This document shows, piece by piece, positions 1 to 14,406 of a stretch of DNA of 64,000 nucleotides. Every line of letters begins with the position of its first letter. Position 1 is the first letter of the stretch. A model generated the notes under the pieces. That model ran no database searches. It saw only the letters and a program-made list of their open reading frames with translations, and was not told where the DNA came from. This stretch comes from Octopus vulgaris (taxonomy: Eukaryota): contig OX597819.1 in NCBI GenBank assembly GCA_951406725.2, forward strand, positions 94,426,001-94,490,000, given 5' to 3'. The translations under genes and the position numbers were made by a program.

Positions 1-488
1 AAAATGCTTCGCAATATTTGTTCTGACTCTAAGTTGGCGAACTGGCAGAATTATTAGCACACCAGGCAAAATGCTTAGCGGCATTTCGTCTGTCATTACA
101 TTCTTAGTTCAAATTCCGCTGAGGTTGACTTTGCCTTTCATCCTTTCAGGGTTGATAAAAAAAAGTACCAGTAAAGTACTGGGGTTGATGTAATCAACTT
201 ACACCCCCACCCTCGAAATTGTTGGCCTTATGCCGAAATTTGAAGCCAGCATTCATTCTGACTCTACGACAGCAAGCTGACGGAATCATTAGCATGCTGG
301 GGAAAATGCTTAATGCCATTTCATCCATCTTTACGTTCTGAGTTCAAATTCTGCCGGGGTCAACTTTGCCTTTCATCCTTCCAGGGTTGATAACATAAGT
401 ACCAGTCGAGCACTGGAGTCAATGTAATTGACTTACCCACTCCCCAAAATTGCTGGACTTTTGCCAAATTTTGAAACCAGTATTATTA

Positions 489-519
<31 letters not shown>

Positions 520-1150
520 TATTATTTTTTTTTCTATTGTTATAGATAATAATGAAGTAATATGGTACAATATAATTTTCAGTGTCATTATGAGAACCTA
601 TTGATATCATTGTTATTACAACTAATATTTAATTTGTAAGAAATCATTATTTAAATAAGGAAATTATTATTGATGTTAACGTTGTTGCATTTGTTATTGT
701 TGCTGTTATTATCATCATCATCCTCATCACTTATGTAATTGTTATTGTTACAGCTGTTATCCTCATCATCATCATCATCATCATCATTATTGATATTAAT
801 ATAACTTAACGCCTTTGGTTAAGCCATTACAGTCACCATTTCTTTGCCCTCCTCACCTAAAAGTTTTTAAAAGATCGAGTTTTTATGCTTATGAAGGATG
901 ATGATACTACTCCTACTACAACTACTGCTGCTGCTACTACTCCTACTCCTACTACTACTACTGCCACCACAACCACCACTATTATTACCTCTATAACTAT
1001 AAGTAATACTAATAATAATGCCATCCTATTACTCTGATTATAATATTGCCTTTGTTATATTACTACCACTGTTAATGATATTAACATCACTGTTAATAAT
1101 AATACCTTTTATATTTGTTGAAATTATTATTGTTCTGTTTTGTTCACTCC

Positions 1151-1203
<53 letters not shown>

Positions 1204-2314
1204 GAATGGTGGATGGGCAGAATCTTTAGAGTGTTAGACCAAATGTCTTGTGATATTTCTTCCCACTCTTTACATTCTGGACTTATATCTCACCAAAGTC
1301 AAGTTTGCCTTTAATCTCCCACCCCACTTCCACCAGGGTCACTGAAATGTACCAGTCAAATACAGGGGTCAATTCAATCAACAAGCACCCCTTTCTCTCA
1401 AAATTGCTGGCTTTGTGTCTAAATTAGAAACAATTACTAAAACGGTTATTCATATTAAGGTTATTTGATTGACAGAATCAATAGAGCATCAGAAAAATGC
1501 TCTGCATCATTTTCTTCCAGTTCATTACACTCTGGCCAGATCAACTTTGCCTTTCATCCTTTTGGGGTTGATAAGATAAAGTTAAGTACTTGGGTCTTTG
1601 ACATCAACTAAATCCCTCCCTTTAAAATTACTGGCCTTGTGCCAAAATCAGAATCCAGGATATGAGACGTTTTGGCACAACCATTTTGATGCCTCTTATT
1701 TGACATGGCTGATTCGACACTAATTTATTTGGCATCAGATGTTTTAACATTTCTTTTGTTTTCTCCCTCTGTCTCTTTCCCCTTCTCTCCTCATTTCTCC
1801 TTCTCTCTCTGTTCATGTGTGTGAGCATATTTCTCTTTATGCATGTGAATAGAGGGAAAATGTTTATGCTAATCATGTTCAGTTAATAAATTATAATTCA
1901 GCGGTAAGCTGGCAGAATCATTAGCATGCCAGACAAAATGCCTAGCAGCATTTCTTCTGTCTTTACATTCTGAATTCAAATTCCACTGAGGTCAGCTTTG
2001 CCTTTCATCCCTTCAGGGTTGATGAAATTAGTACCAGTTGAACACTGGGGCCAGTGTAATCAACTTACCTGCTCCCCTGAAATTGCTGGCTGTGTGCCAG
2101 AATTTGAAACCAATTAATGAATTGTATTGTCTCTCTTTCTCTCATTCTCTCTCTTTCTCTCTCTCTTACTCTGTATGCATATTTCTGCATGTGTATGTGT
2201 GTGTACGCCTTACTCCAGTCCCTAGAAAATACTGTTGCTGAACCAAGTTCTATGTCTAATTGCTCTATGTCTAACAGCCATGCTCAATTGCCTCATTCCA
2301 CAGAAACCATTATT

Positions 2315-2347
<33 letters not shown>

Positions 2348-2460
2348 AGAAGAAATGGTAGAACTGCAAAACTAAAATGCTCCTTGGAGCATTTAGTTTT
2401 CTCTGGTTTCTTTCTATTTTCTGAGCTGAAATCCCTCCTAGGTCAATAAAAGAAGTAAAT
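1..2460 (+). mobile_element. Cluster of tRNA-derived SINE family A copies (about 34-250, 268-525, 1205-1435, 1458-1650, 1900-2115) with (ATT)n tails
   Basis: Repeated head GGCGAGCTGGCAGAATCGTTAG, B-box GAGTTCAAATTC, body GACTTTGCCTTTCATCCTTTCGGGGTCGATAA..AAGTACCAG, ATT-repeat tail. Confidence 0.85.
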
Positions 2461-2743
2461 ACTAGTAATATACTGGAATAGATTCAAATGACAAAAATCA
2501 ACTTCCCTTTGAAAAAATTTGACCACATGTTTATGTTATGATATCACTGTTATTATTCTTTTTATACTTCATTGTTGTTGTTGTAAATAACATCATGTAT
2601 TAAGGATGTGTTAAATTAAATTTTCCATATGCGCACATTTTACACTTTGTAATTTTTGTTGATTTTTTTTTTTAACATAAATAATTCTGTTAAGAATACT
2701 TTTCAATAACACATGAGGTATATATTTCTATTTCTCTCTGACA

Positions 2744-2785
<42 letters not shown>

Positions 2786-3395
2786 TCATTTCTCTCCTGT
2801 CCTCTACCTCTCTATTTCTCTTGCCTTCTCCCTTTCTCTACCTTTCTAACTCTGTCTCTCCCTCTCTCTTTCTTTCTCTCTTCCTTCCTCTTTCCCTGTC
2901 TATCTATCTATCTATCTCTTGTTGGTTTTCTGTTTTGCACATGTACTAAAACTTTAAGTATATAAACCTCTTTCTCTTTCCCACATACACATATGCACAG
3001 TCTCTCTCTCTTTCCCACTCCATCTCTTTTCTTTCCCCTTCCTCTCTTTCTCATTAGTTGTTGATTTTCTCTCTTACTCACCTATGTAATACAATAGCTG
3101 TAATTTTCAAGAATCATGAGTACTGACCACATGATCATGAATTCAGTTCAAATCCAATTATATAAGTGCTCTTGCTTTGTTCCCTCTATCAAGCTACAAC
3201 TATACTTGCCTTTGTCTTATGGACTGACAAATAGATCACATTTTTTTCTATTCTTTGTTTATTGTTTAGTTATAGAAATGGCATCCAGCTGTAATGTCAG
3301 TCACTCCAAACAATATGAAAATATCTGTGAATTTGTTAAAAATTATTTCATCCTCTATGGAAGTGTGGCTCTAAGATAGTAGAAGAAAGATTTCA

Positions 3396-3429
<34 letters not shown>

Positions 3430-5039
3430 TATTATTCAGTTTGAAACCTATTAATGAGTAAATTTAATGATTTGGAACATATTTGTATATGTTTCTTTTT
3501 GACAATTATACATAATAATACATCAATTGTAGGATAGAGTGAATCCATTCTTGCAGTTTTAAAAATTTAGAAATGTTTTGTTTACTTTCACTTATGTACA
3601 AAAAAAACTTACACATTCATATATTTGTTATTTACAGAGTAAAAATTTAATTAAGCATGTTACAAAAATTTTTCAAAAAGTAATACAAAATAGAAAAAAA
3701 AATTGCAGTCCTGGGGTTCTTTGGTAGGGCCATGATGTGAAGACTCATTTCTTAACTCCTTTCATGTAGCCAATTCAGAAATAGTGAGAGACAGGAGGTG
3801 GAAGAGGTATGACCCTGGTACTTTACTAGTATTTCATCTATCTTAAAGAAATGAAAGCAAAGTTGACCTCAATAGGATCAGAACTCAGAATGTGACAGGA
3901 GAACAAATTAATAACACTGAACATTCTGTACTAATGCTCTTGCAAATCTGCCAACTAGTTCACTACTCAGTTAGCCTAACTGAACTGAAAGAATGTTGTA
4001 GAAGGTAATATTTCTTATATGACAGAGTAGAACCTTGGGATTGGGGATGGCTGTAAGGACCAAAAAGTCAAGGGACAAATAGCTATGTTTAATAAAATTA
4101 ATGTAGTTTTAAACTTCTTTTAAAACTTTTTCAACACCATGATGAAGAAAGAAACACCATTTTATTTCCTCTTTAATAAAGATGGAGAGGATGATGACAA
4201 AAAAATTCAATATTGGAAAAAGAATCGGGGGTTATAGTGTGTCAAATAAAGAACAACTGGTATAAAATGTTATATCCAGAAATACTAAGAAATGCTCGAA
4301 GCAAGTTATAAACTCACAGCCTATAAGCAGTTAATCCAATACTTTACTCAATAATTTCATTTCTACTATTTGCAAAATAAAGCAAAGAGAATCAGAGTGT
4401 TACTATTAGTGTATAGAAATAGTAGCAATAGTTGACTACATACTTCACAGGTTGTGAAGACAACTACTGACAGCACTGCTCCAGTGATTAATTGGCAGAC
4501 TACAAGCCAACTGTTACTTAGTCACTCCATCTGCTGGAAATAGTAGCAAAATTAAACCATACACTACCATCAGAAAAGAAAGAATCAGACATTGGATAAC
4601 ATGATCTTAGCCACACTGTGTCTGAAAAAAAGATATATGGATGGTCATGACAGGAATGTCTTTGATTGTTGGTTTACTCTAATGGTTGACATGAGACTAA
4701 ACTACAACTGATGAGCAAGAATTCAAATACTCTAGAAAGAAGAGAAAACTTTTGCTGGTCAGATTCTACTACACAGTTGTATGTCATTTAAAGTTGTGGC
4801 ATAACCTTCATGTGATGCTGTGACATGACCATCATGGGATACTGTTGCTTAACTTCCTTGACAGTGGTGATTATGTGATTTTAAAACATAATGTTCATGT
4901 CACAGTGCAACATGGCCTCATGCAACAGTGTGACATGATTTTTATGAGATGCTCACTCACAACTTTTATGTAAGATTTGAGATGAGAAAAACTTTTTTTT
5001 AAGTAATTTGTAATGATTGTAAATAATAATAATAATTAA

Positions 5040-5400
5040 ACTTGTGAGTGGAAAGCAGGCCTTGTGCCTATTGTAGAATAGATTATTTTGAATATTGTGA
5101 ACCACCAAAATTTCAGGCCTTGTGCCTATTGTAGAAAAGATTATTATTATTATTATTATTATTATTATTGCAGCAAACTGGCAGAATCGTTAGCACAAGG
5201 ATGAAATACTTAGCAGTATTTACCTGTCACTACATTCTGAGTTCAAATTCTGCCAAAGTCGACTTTACCTTTAATCCTTTTGGGGTGGATAAATTAAGTA
5301 CCATTGAAATACCTGGGGTTAATGTTATTGACAAGTACCCTCCCCTCAAATTTCTGGCCTTGTAGAAAGGATTATTATTATTATTATTATTACTGTTACT
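5040..5400 (+). mobile_element. SINE family A copy preceded by tail fragments
   Basis: Same head/body motifs; repeated GGCCTTGTGCCTATTGTAGAA tails; ATT repeats. Confidence 0.8.
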
Positions 5401-8400
5401 ACTACTAATGGAGTCATACCATCAATGATGGCTTTTTCAGTCAAATTCTCTAGATAGGATTTCTTTATAGTTATAAATTTTCTCTAATGTTTTTCCATCA
5501 ACATGATTTCTAATTACCATATTTATTTCAACTATTGTGAAGTCATGTCTAAAATATGTAGAAAAGATCAAATGCAATAAATTATATTTCTTTATTTTAA
5601 AAACCACATTAAGTTTTTTGAATAGTTTCAAAAGTTGCATATGAATTACCTCCCTTATTCACCAATTTAACCATCTCACTCTGTCATAAGCAAGGGTTTG
5701 TGCCAGTAATATTCCACGTAAACACAGTATATAAAAACAGACAAATATAGTCTATCATATATAAATTATTATAATTCACAAAGCAAGGACGGTGAAATGG
5801 CAGGAGCAATACAATAGTACTAAAAACTTTACATCATTTAACATTGTCCTTTCTATGTCCCTGAAAGTTCAAATCCCATCAGGATAGACTTCTTTCTTTT
5901 GTCTCTTCAGGTTCAATTAAAAAAAAGATCCCTGCATGTAACAATATTCCTTCCTGAAAACCATATAGGTTTTTAACTAAAGTAAAAAATCATTATTAAC
6001 AAGCAAACAAAGAAGCAATCACAAGCAGGTTTTATAAAAAATTATCAAAGTTTTCCCTGAGGAAACAATTATTGTTTGTTTTGCTATATTTTGTTTTAAT
6101 TAACAATAAGGAATCAATATTAATGAAAGTAAGAAATCAATGATTAATAACAGTTGTTTTGCTTTTTTATTATTAATTAAGTAATTGCTGAAGTTTTTTT
6201 GTTACTTTTACGTTGTTTTTTTTTGTTGTTGTTTGTTCAAACATTGTTTATGAAATAATGAGTTTATTGATAGAGAAGAAGAAAAATGAAGAGTGAGGTA
6301 GAGCTAAATGGAGATTGTAAGAGAAATGTGAGAACTAGAAGAGGAATGACTGAGAGATGTAAATTATAGTGATACTGGAGAAATATAGAGGAATAAGAGA
6401 GTGAAGGCAGTCAAAATTTTCTTTATGTTCAATAGTTTTTGATAGGAGACATTCAGCATCATTTTCTCACTAATTTAGTTAATCTGAGTAAATAGAATTG
6501 ACTATTGAGTCGTTAGCCGGGGACACTTTTACGACATCGTCTACATCACGATCACGTTATGATTAATGTGTTAGTAAAATGTTAAACCTATGTTACAGAC
6601 ACCCTTTCTTTCTTTTACATGTTAATAATAATTCTGCACCAACCTACCTCTTGTCTGCAGATGGTGACCTCATTGAGGAGAGTATATGTGATAGGAAATA
6701 ACAGTCTTGGGGTTACCATAGTGAACTGCTCTGTTAACATTCTGCTAGTGAACCAAATACTCCAACAACCATATTTATAATATTTAATTTATTTTCTTTT
6801 GTTTGTGCTATTTTAATCATCTGATAGAAATAATTTATATTTACATCAAATTATACATACATTATACATACACAACACATATAATTGTTTGTTGAGTTGT
6901 TTCTGTTTGTTTTGTTTATTTGTTTTTTTTGTTTTTTTTTTCTGTGTGCATGAATGTATTTGTTTAATAACGATTGTTTGTAAAATGATTGACTTAAATG
7001 TAATTTTTAAGACCAGGGGTCACCTGACCCTAGCATGCATGCCACTTTAGATAAAGTTTTCTTAATTTATTTTATGGGTTTTTTTTTTTAAATTCTTAAC
7101 CCTTTTTATCCATCTTTTAAAATATAAACAGAATGGGGCTTTTTAATCTCAAGTTAAAATGCAACGTTGTGTGATAAATTTCATTTGCTGTATTAAAACC
7201 CCCCAAAAATTGAAAAAAATAAAATAACAAAATATATACAAAACGTTATAGAAACATTATTAACTTATATTCATGAGATATTGCCAGCAATTAATATTAG
7301 AAGTTGAAAATCAATAAATGAACCAAAGACTAAAATCTAGATTTTTTTTTTTTTTTTAACTAAGAAATATGAATTAAATTGATCACAAATCAAGACAAAA
7401 AAATGTTCCTTAAATTTTCATTGGATTTCTTTGCAGCAATTTTCTCCCCATCACCACCACTTAATTTATTTATTTATTTATTTATCTATTTATTTATTTA
7501 TCCAGTGACTTAAATTTTATATCCATCTGAAATGGTATTCAATGATCAAGGAGACTTACCTGCTGTTTCTGTCTGTAAAACAGTCTATTGTTAACCTTTT
7601 ACTTTTGAGACAGACCTAGAAAATGTATAGTTTATCATGCAAATTAAACTTTCTCTGAATGCTACGTTATATCTAAATAAAGGAATTCTTTTTACAAAAT
7701 ATTTGTCTTGTCTCTTCTTTTCTTTGTCTATTTGCAGTATTTTTTTGTGTTTTTTCTTTTTTTATTTATGATATTTCTTCTTCAGTATCAATGAGAGAAC
7801 TGATGGGACATCTGACAACTAGCTGAAAGGGCTTGTATTTTGCATCCTGTCACCAACACATTGTGCTGTGTCTGTGATCAACACTTAACTCTGGATTAGT
7901 TCAATACACCTAGCTGAAAGTTGGAAACATACATATGTTAGGGGTGAGGATACAGTCCACTCAATTAATGTTTTGATGGCACTGTAAAATAAATGGTGGG
8001 AGTACTCGCAGGATCTAGAATTGGCATAGACAAACTCTGACTTGTGGAACTTTCTGAATGGCATATCAACAAAATATTATCTTGAATTTTTTTAGTTGTG
8101 TGATCTGTCTGATGATAATACTTACTGTATACAGTACTCATGTCTCATATGAATCACTTCTCAAAAAAATTGCTCATACCTGGTCTAAAGGAAGGAGTGT
8201 TATAATTTTTGCAGATAGTTCAAGACCAGTGAGATTAATGCTGTTAAGATAATGTTTAAAATTTTACAAGTCGGTGCCTACATAGAAAATAGGAGCAAGA
8301 ACAGAGTTCCAGAGGGAAAACTTTCTGGGGTTAAAGGATTGAGAGTAGTGGTCTGTGCAGAGCTTGGTCAGTTGGGAGACAACATGGATAATGACAGAAA

Positions 8401-8524
8401 GAGAGATGAATAAACTAGGAGTGTTTCAGTGGAGATAGTATGAGAAATAACCCAGCTCTGAGGAGTAGAGAGCATTAAAGTGGCAGTATAAAAGGCAGAG
8501 TACAGCATTACAGTAGCAGTAGAA

Positions 8525-8750
8525 AAGGCAGAAACATTAGCATGTTGGGCAAAATGCTTAGCAGTATTTCCTCTGCTGTTATGTTCTGAGTTCAAATTCC
8601 ACCAAGGTCGACTTTGCCTTTCATCCTTTCGGGGTTGATAAATTAAATACCAGTTACACACTGAAGTCGATATAATCAACTTAATCCCTTTGTCTGCCCT
8701 TGTTTGTCCCCTCTATGTTTAGCTCCTTGTGGGCAGTAAAGAAATAAGAA
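8525..8750 (+). mobile_element. SINE family A copy with an alternative 3' tail
   Basis: Family A head/body followed by CTTAATCCCTTTGTCTG...GGGCAGTAAAGAAATAAGAA instead of the usual tail. Confidence 0.8.
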
Positions 8751-9000
8751 AAGGCAGAGTACATCTCCAGGCTGCTGACAGTACTAAACACCTTCCATGG
8801 ATATAGCTTAGTGAGCAAACAACATCTGCAAAGGGCTACATTACTGTAAATATATTGTATGAAAGATGAAGTCTTTATCAGTATCCTAACAGGACTGGTT
8901 TATGGCGACACTTCATGTCAAATTCATGAGCTAACAAAGGGACTTTTACACAGATACCAGCTCAGTCTGTTAGAAATAGCAACCAAATTTCTTATCCTTC

Positions 9001-9123
<123 letters not shown>

Positions 9124-10774
9124 TTTATTATGGCAGATTTTCTATGGCTGATTCCAAGTGAGGTAATATAGGTAATACTTCCCCATGACCAGACTTGTTT
9201 CCATCTACCAAATCCACTCACTAGGGTTTGGTCAGCTCTCTCCCTTCATTGTAAATAAAGAAGAAAACATGAGATACTATAATATTTCTTAATATATGAA
9301 AAACACAGGATAGTCACAACTGGATTGCAGAGAATATGACTGTTTATATTCTCTTTTTGGGAAGGAATGAGTTTGAGTTTTCCCTCATTTAGCTGGGGGG
9401 GGGGGTCCTTTCTTTCTTTTTTTTGCATCTAATTCAAATCACAGTGTATTTATCAAATTAGAGTTCTGCTCAGACCTATATTCGTTAGGATCAATATGAT
9501 CTTTGTCTAGGAGCCAGTTATTTTTTATTGCATTGCCCTTTCAAATACTTTATTATGAGAAGTTTGTGAGATTGGACTGTGACTCACAGCAAGTAACTTA
9601 TTTCCATTCTAAAAAGCTAGAATAACAGACTGGAACAGAAAAATGTTCTGGAATAAATCCTGAGGTCTGCAGATACCTCCAGAGATTAGCAAGAGGAGAT
9701 TCAAGTTGATATTTGCATGCTGTAGCAAGGGATGATGTTACTGTAGTAGTTGGGCTTTATACTTTTAGGACTAGGGATCACAATTGGTAAGATTAAATTT
9801 ATTGGGGAAAGGATACATATTAGTATTGGTTTTGTAAGTACTATGGTATTGATTTCAGTTAGTGATGTGCTTACTGAGTGTGTGTCTAGTACCTTGGAGA
9901 TGGGTGGAAAGACAATCACATTGTAAACATGCTCTCTCATGTGGTGTCTCCTAAAAAGAAAAGCACCAAAAGGAAAATAATAGGAAACTATCTTTGTAAT
10001 TTACCATGAAAATTTCAAGGTAAACACTTAGTACTTGTCAAGGGAGTTACTAAAAATCATTAGTTAAAGTGATGATACATGCAAGCAGCCATTCACAAAA
10101 TCTAAGATCTTGTGCCTATATAACTAATAAATGCAGTAAACAGATACATATCTGCTAAAAATAGCAGCTAAACTAAGGAAATCTAAAAAGCAATCTAAAT
10201 GAAAAAGAGAAATATGAAAGGTTGAGTGAATAAGACAGCAGAACAACTGCATTGCATCTGTTGCTAGGACAATTAACTCTCAAATAGCTTCAAGTAGTAA
10301 TCAGCAATCAAGTTGTAAAGAGGAATCACTAGACATGAAAACACACCATTAAAGCCTTTGAAATGACTAAGAATGCCAGACTTATCAATCTCTTATGATG
10401 ACCTAATGCATCATTGCCAAACCTGTATTCTAAACACAATTCTCTTTGTGATCCAAACAATATTTCAGTCCTGATCTCTGGATGACCCCCTATAAATCTC
10501 AAGTAAATTCTACAAAGGAGTACTTCTCACATATTCACATATCTGAGACAGTGTCAAAGCTGCACACACACACACACACACACAGATGCATGCACACATA
10601 CACAAACTCAAATTCCAGACTTCAGCCAAAAAGACCTATCGATATAGTAAAGATTCAATTATTGACATGGTTCAACCACTACATCATAAAAATTATTCAA
10701 GGCAGTGCTTCAGCAGGGCTGCCATCTAACAACTGAAACAAGTAAAGGATAAAGGATAAAAGATAACTACTTTG

Positions 10775-10995
10775 CTTTTACTTACTTTTACTTTTACTTG
10801 TTTCAGTTATTTGACTGCAGCCATGCTGGAGCACCACCTTTAGTTGAGGAAATCGACCCCAGGACTTATTCTTTGTAAGCCTAGTACTTACTCTATCGGT
10901 CTTTTTTGTCAAACCGCTAAGTTACGGGGACATAAACACACCAGCATCGGTTGTCAAGCAATGTCAGGGGGACAAACACAGACACACAGACATAT

Positions 10996-11030
<35 letters not shown>

Positions 11031-11242
11031 GAAGCCTGTCATATATATGTATATATATATATATATACATATTCATATATACGACAGGCTTCTTTCAGTT
11101 TCCTTCTACCAAATCCACTCACAAGGCTTTGGTCAGCCCAAGACTATAGTAGAAGACACTTGGCCAAGGTGCCACACAGTGGAACTGAACCCGGAACCAT
11201 GTCATTCGTAAGCAAGCTACTTACCACACAGCCACTCCTACA

Positions 11243-11245
<3 letters not shown>
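10775..11245 (-). mobile_element. SINE family B (tRNA-like head, internal (TA)n, GTAAAA-type tail)
   Basis: Reverse complement of the 58654-59086 copy. Confidence 0.9.
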
Positions 11246-11323
<78 letters not shown>

Positions 11324-11329
11324 TTTATA

Positions 11330-11382
<53 letters not shown>
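11246..11382. repeat. Interrupted (TA)n microsatellite
   Basis: Directly visible. Confidence 0.95.
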
Positions 11383-11383
<1 letters not shown>

Positions 11384-12559
11384 TTTCTATCGATTTTCTG
11401 AAATCCTAACTTTATTTTCGATACAAAGTGAACCAGTAGATATCTTTATTTGTGATCAATGCTCCACAAAGTTAATCAGCTCAAAAACCACTATTCAGCA
11501 TCATCTTTTCCTTACTCTCTCCCTAAAAATCATGTTCCTATTTTAAACTTCCCACTGATGATCTGGAGTCGTTTATTAATTTATTATATTGTGTAGTTTT
11601 CCCCTTGAAAAATTTATGCTTACCGTTCATCTTGTTTCAAAGAGACATTTGAATATATTGAGGAAGCTCTCCACGGATTAATAGCAAAGTCCGTTTTAGA
11701 ACAAAAGGAATTCTTGGAAACCGTCACACACACACACACACATCACACACGCACATACGCATAAACTCACACACACACATGACGTTCTATTGCTATAAAC
11801 ATTTGATCGTCAGGATAATATAGTATTTTCTGACCGTTTATAAGAGTTATTCCCCTTACATCTGCAGAGTTTTCAGGATCGTCGAACTTGAATCATTTAC
11901 AAAATTCGCCTTATTTATTTAATTTCTTTGGTGTATGTTTATACATATCTTCTTGAAAATATATACTAAATATAATAGTCATGTAGAGACTAATGACTAA
12001 GAAACAAACATCAATCAGCAACTTAGTACTTAAAATCACTTATCTTGAGTAACACTCCTTCAATTTCACACTAAGAGAAGTCACTCTGTACAAATATCTT
12101 ACACACGCGCGCAAACACACACATACATGAACTCACACACAGTGAAAGAATTGTAGACAGCGGAGGCAATGTATGTGTGTGTGTGTACATATACACCTAT
12201 TTAAACAAAAATGAGCTTAGAGAAATAACTCGAAGTGACCAGTGGCATGTATTTGAATAACATACGTAAATACAATGCCGGTATTTGTCTATGACCTTCG
12301 AAACGTGGAGTAGATGAAACAGAGGCGACTGAAGAAGGGGAATTTTCCTTGTATTGTATGTCCTGTACTCTATTTTTTCGTTGTTTAAGAAAAATGTCCA
12401 TTTCCTTGGTTTTGTGTTTATGTTTTCGTTTCTCATTGTGTTCGACGTTTTTTTTTTTTTTTGGTGTCCTGTACCCATATATGCATGTATATATACATGT
12501 AGATATAGGTACGTACATATATGCATGTATATATGCATATGTTTTATTTATTAATTTGT

Positions 12560-12596
<37 letters not shown>

Positions 12597-12838
12597 ATCC
12601 TGTGTGGATTGTTTTCAAGTATTTTGGTTTCTCTGGGAGTCCCTTTTTAAAGTAGAAGCAATAGCTAAGGTTTTTGGCTGCTATTTCTAAACTTCGGTAT
12701 GTGGTAAAGCAAATCTTTGCTGAACCCTAATTATAAAGTATTACTTAAGTTTACCATGAAATGGTCTTTTTTTCATGCCGAATTCTACTTGGTGAAATTA
12801 TTGATTACTTCTTAATTAATTAATTTTACCCTTTGTTA

Positions 12839-12885
<47 letters not shown>

Positions 12886-13419
12886 TTTATTATCGCTCAC
12901 CACTGATTCATTTATAATTGATCAGGTATGCTGGTTGTGAACTGTACTACACTTATCACAAGTTGATCTATAATAAGACGGGTTGGTGATAAATCAAACA
13001 TTCTGCTTTGTACAGCAAAGGCGTGCCTCAGCAACCACCCCCAACGCTCAGGACAACTTGGTAGTCTCAGAACAAAACCTATCTTTCCTATATGTTCTAG
13101 TGTTCACTTATCACTGAGTTATTCATTTAACACGGTGTTCTTTAGGAAGTAAACACACATGATAAAGGATACACGTATATATATGTCTAAATATACATGG
13201 ACGGACAGAAAGGCGGATAGATATTAAATATGTGTGAGAGAGATGGTGTGTGCAAATTTCCATAATATAAAATCAACATGGAGCAATTTTTTTATGTCTT
13301 TTTACTTTTTGAATATTTTTTTATCTTTATTTTATTTTAAAGTAACAAATACTATTTTTGATTACTAGTATCCATTTTGTCATTGCACATAAGCAACAAG
13401 AAATTTGATAAAGGTTATG

Positions 13420-13451
<32 letters not shown>

Positions 13452-13539
13452 CACATGTATATATGGGTTTATCTCTCTCTCTCTCTCGCCCTCTTTCTCT
13501 CGCCCTCTCTCTCTTGCTCTCTCTTTCTCTCACTATAGA

Positions 13540-13838
13540 AGTGAAGCTAGCATGCTCTGCTGGATGGGTAATGTCAGTGTGCATGCACAACAGAGTGGTG
13601 TAAATGATTTATGAGGAGAACTGTGTATAAAAGGCAACAGATGTTGTGTGCAAGAGATAAGACTGCACTGGTTTGGTCATGTGGATGAGGATAGCTGCAT
13701 AAAGAAGTGCCGAGCTCTAATTTTGGTGGGTACCCATGGAAGAGGTAGACCCAGGAAGATGTGGGACAAAGTGGTGAGAAAGATCTTCAGACACTGAGCC
13801 TCACTGAGGAAATGACAAGGGGCTGGAAGATGTGGCGA
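13540..13838 (+). mobile_element. Degenerate RTE LINE C-terminal fragment
   Basis: DNA resembles 21420-21660 (…LHWFGHV…GRGRPRKMWDKVV…). Confidence 0.75.
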
Positions 13839-13860
13839 CAACAACAACAACAACAATAAC

Positions 13861-14031
13861 ATCGAAAAATACCTTAGGAATGAGAACCCAGATTCGAAAT
13901 TTCTCCAAGACATCTGAAGAAGGCTTGGAGGGTATATCAGCTGAAACGTTATGTTAACAACAAACAAGATGAGGGCAAATATCTGTCGAATGTAAATATT
14001 GTACATAATTCCTCATCTCTTAAATATAGAA
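13861..14031 (+). mobile_element. Penelope-like terminal-repeat remnant carrying a hammerhead motif
   Basis: Contains a minimal type-I hammerhead; AT-rich 3' part; sits after an (ACA)n run. The PLE assignment is inferred from the ribozyme architecture. Confidence 0.55.
13909..13955 (+). ncRNA. Minimal type-I hammerhead ribozyme motif
   Basis: GACAT-CTGAAGA-A-GGCT(loop)AGCT-GAAA-CG-T-T-ATGTT. Stem I GACAT/ATGTT, stem II GGCT/AGCT, palindromic AACGTT in place of stem III. Confidence 0.65.
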
Positions 14032-14344
14032 CAAGAAAAAAAAAAGTAAGGTAAAAGGATTGACGGTGGTAACTGCAGCAATTCTTTGAATTCTTTTTTC
14101 TTAAAGGGAGAAATGACTATTTTATTTGTAATCTTTATCGTCTTAATCAAATGGCAGGAAAACAGACAAACTTTGAGTGTTAGTATAATATAGATACGTA
14201 AATGTTAAACTATGAGTGTTCAACACAACATTGTTGGATAGAATTTCTTTGTTTGTGAATTAAAGGCTACTATTGGTTTCATGTTGAGAAAAATAGGAAA
14301 ATATCTTAATATCAGAACAATTTATATTTTCTTATACATTTATA

Positions 14345-14399
14345 GCCAGGATTCCTGGCTTTCACCCAGGCGGCCCAGGTTCGATTCCCGGCATGGGAA
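14345..14399 (+). pseudogene. 5'-truncated tRNA-Glu(TTC) fragment
   Basis: GCCAGGATTCCTGGCTTTCACCCAGGCGGCCCAGGTTCGATTCCCGGCATGGGAA: anticodon arm with TTC at 14361-14363, T arm and 3' acceptor strand; 5' acceptor strand and most of the D arm are missing. Confidence 0.85.
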
Positions 14400-14406
14400 C
14401 ACAATG

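Noticed and set aside
12200-12480. Hammerhead-like words (GAAACGT, CTGAAGA)
   Set aside because: The order and pairing do not give a valid core. Probably an unclassified repeat.
14345-14399. Functional tRNA-Glu gene
   Set aside because: The 5' acceptor strand and A box are missing.
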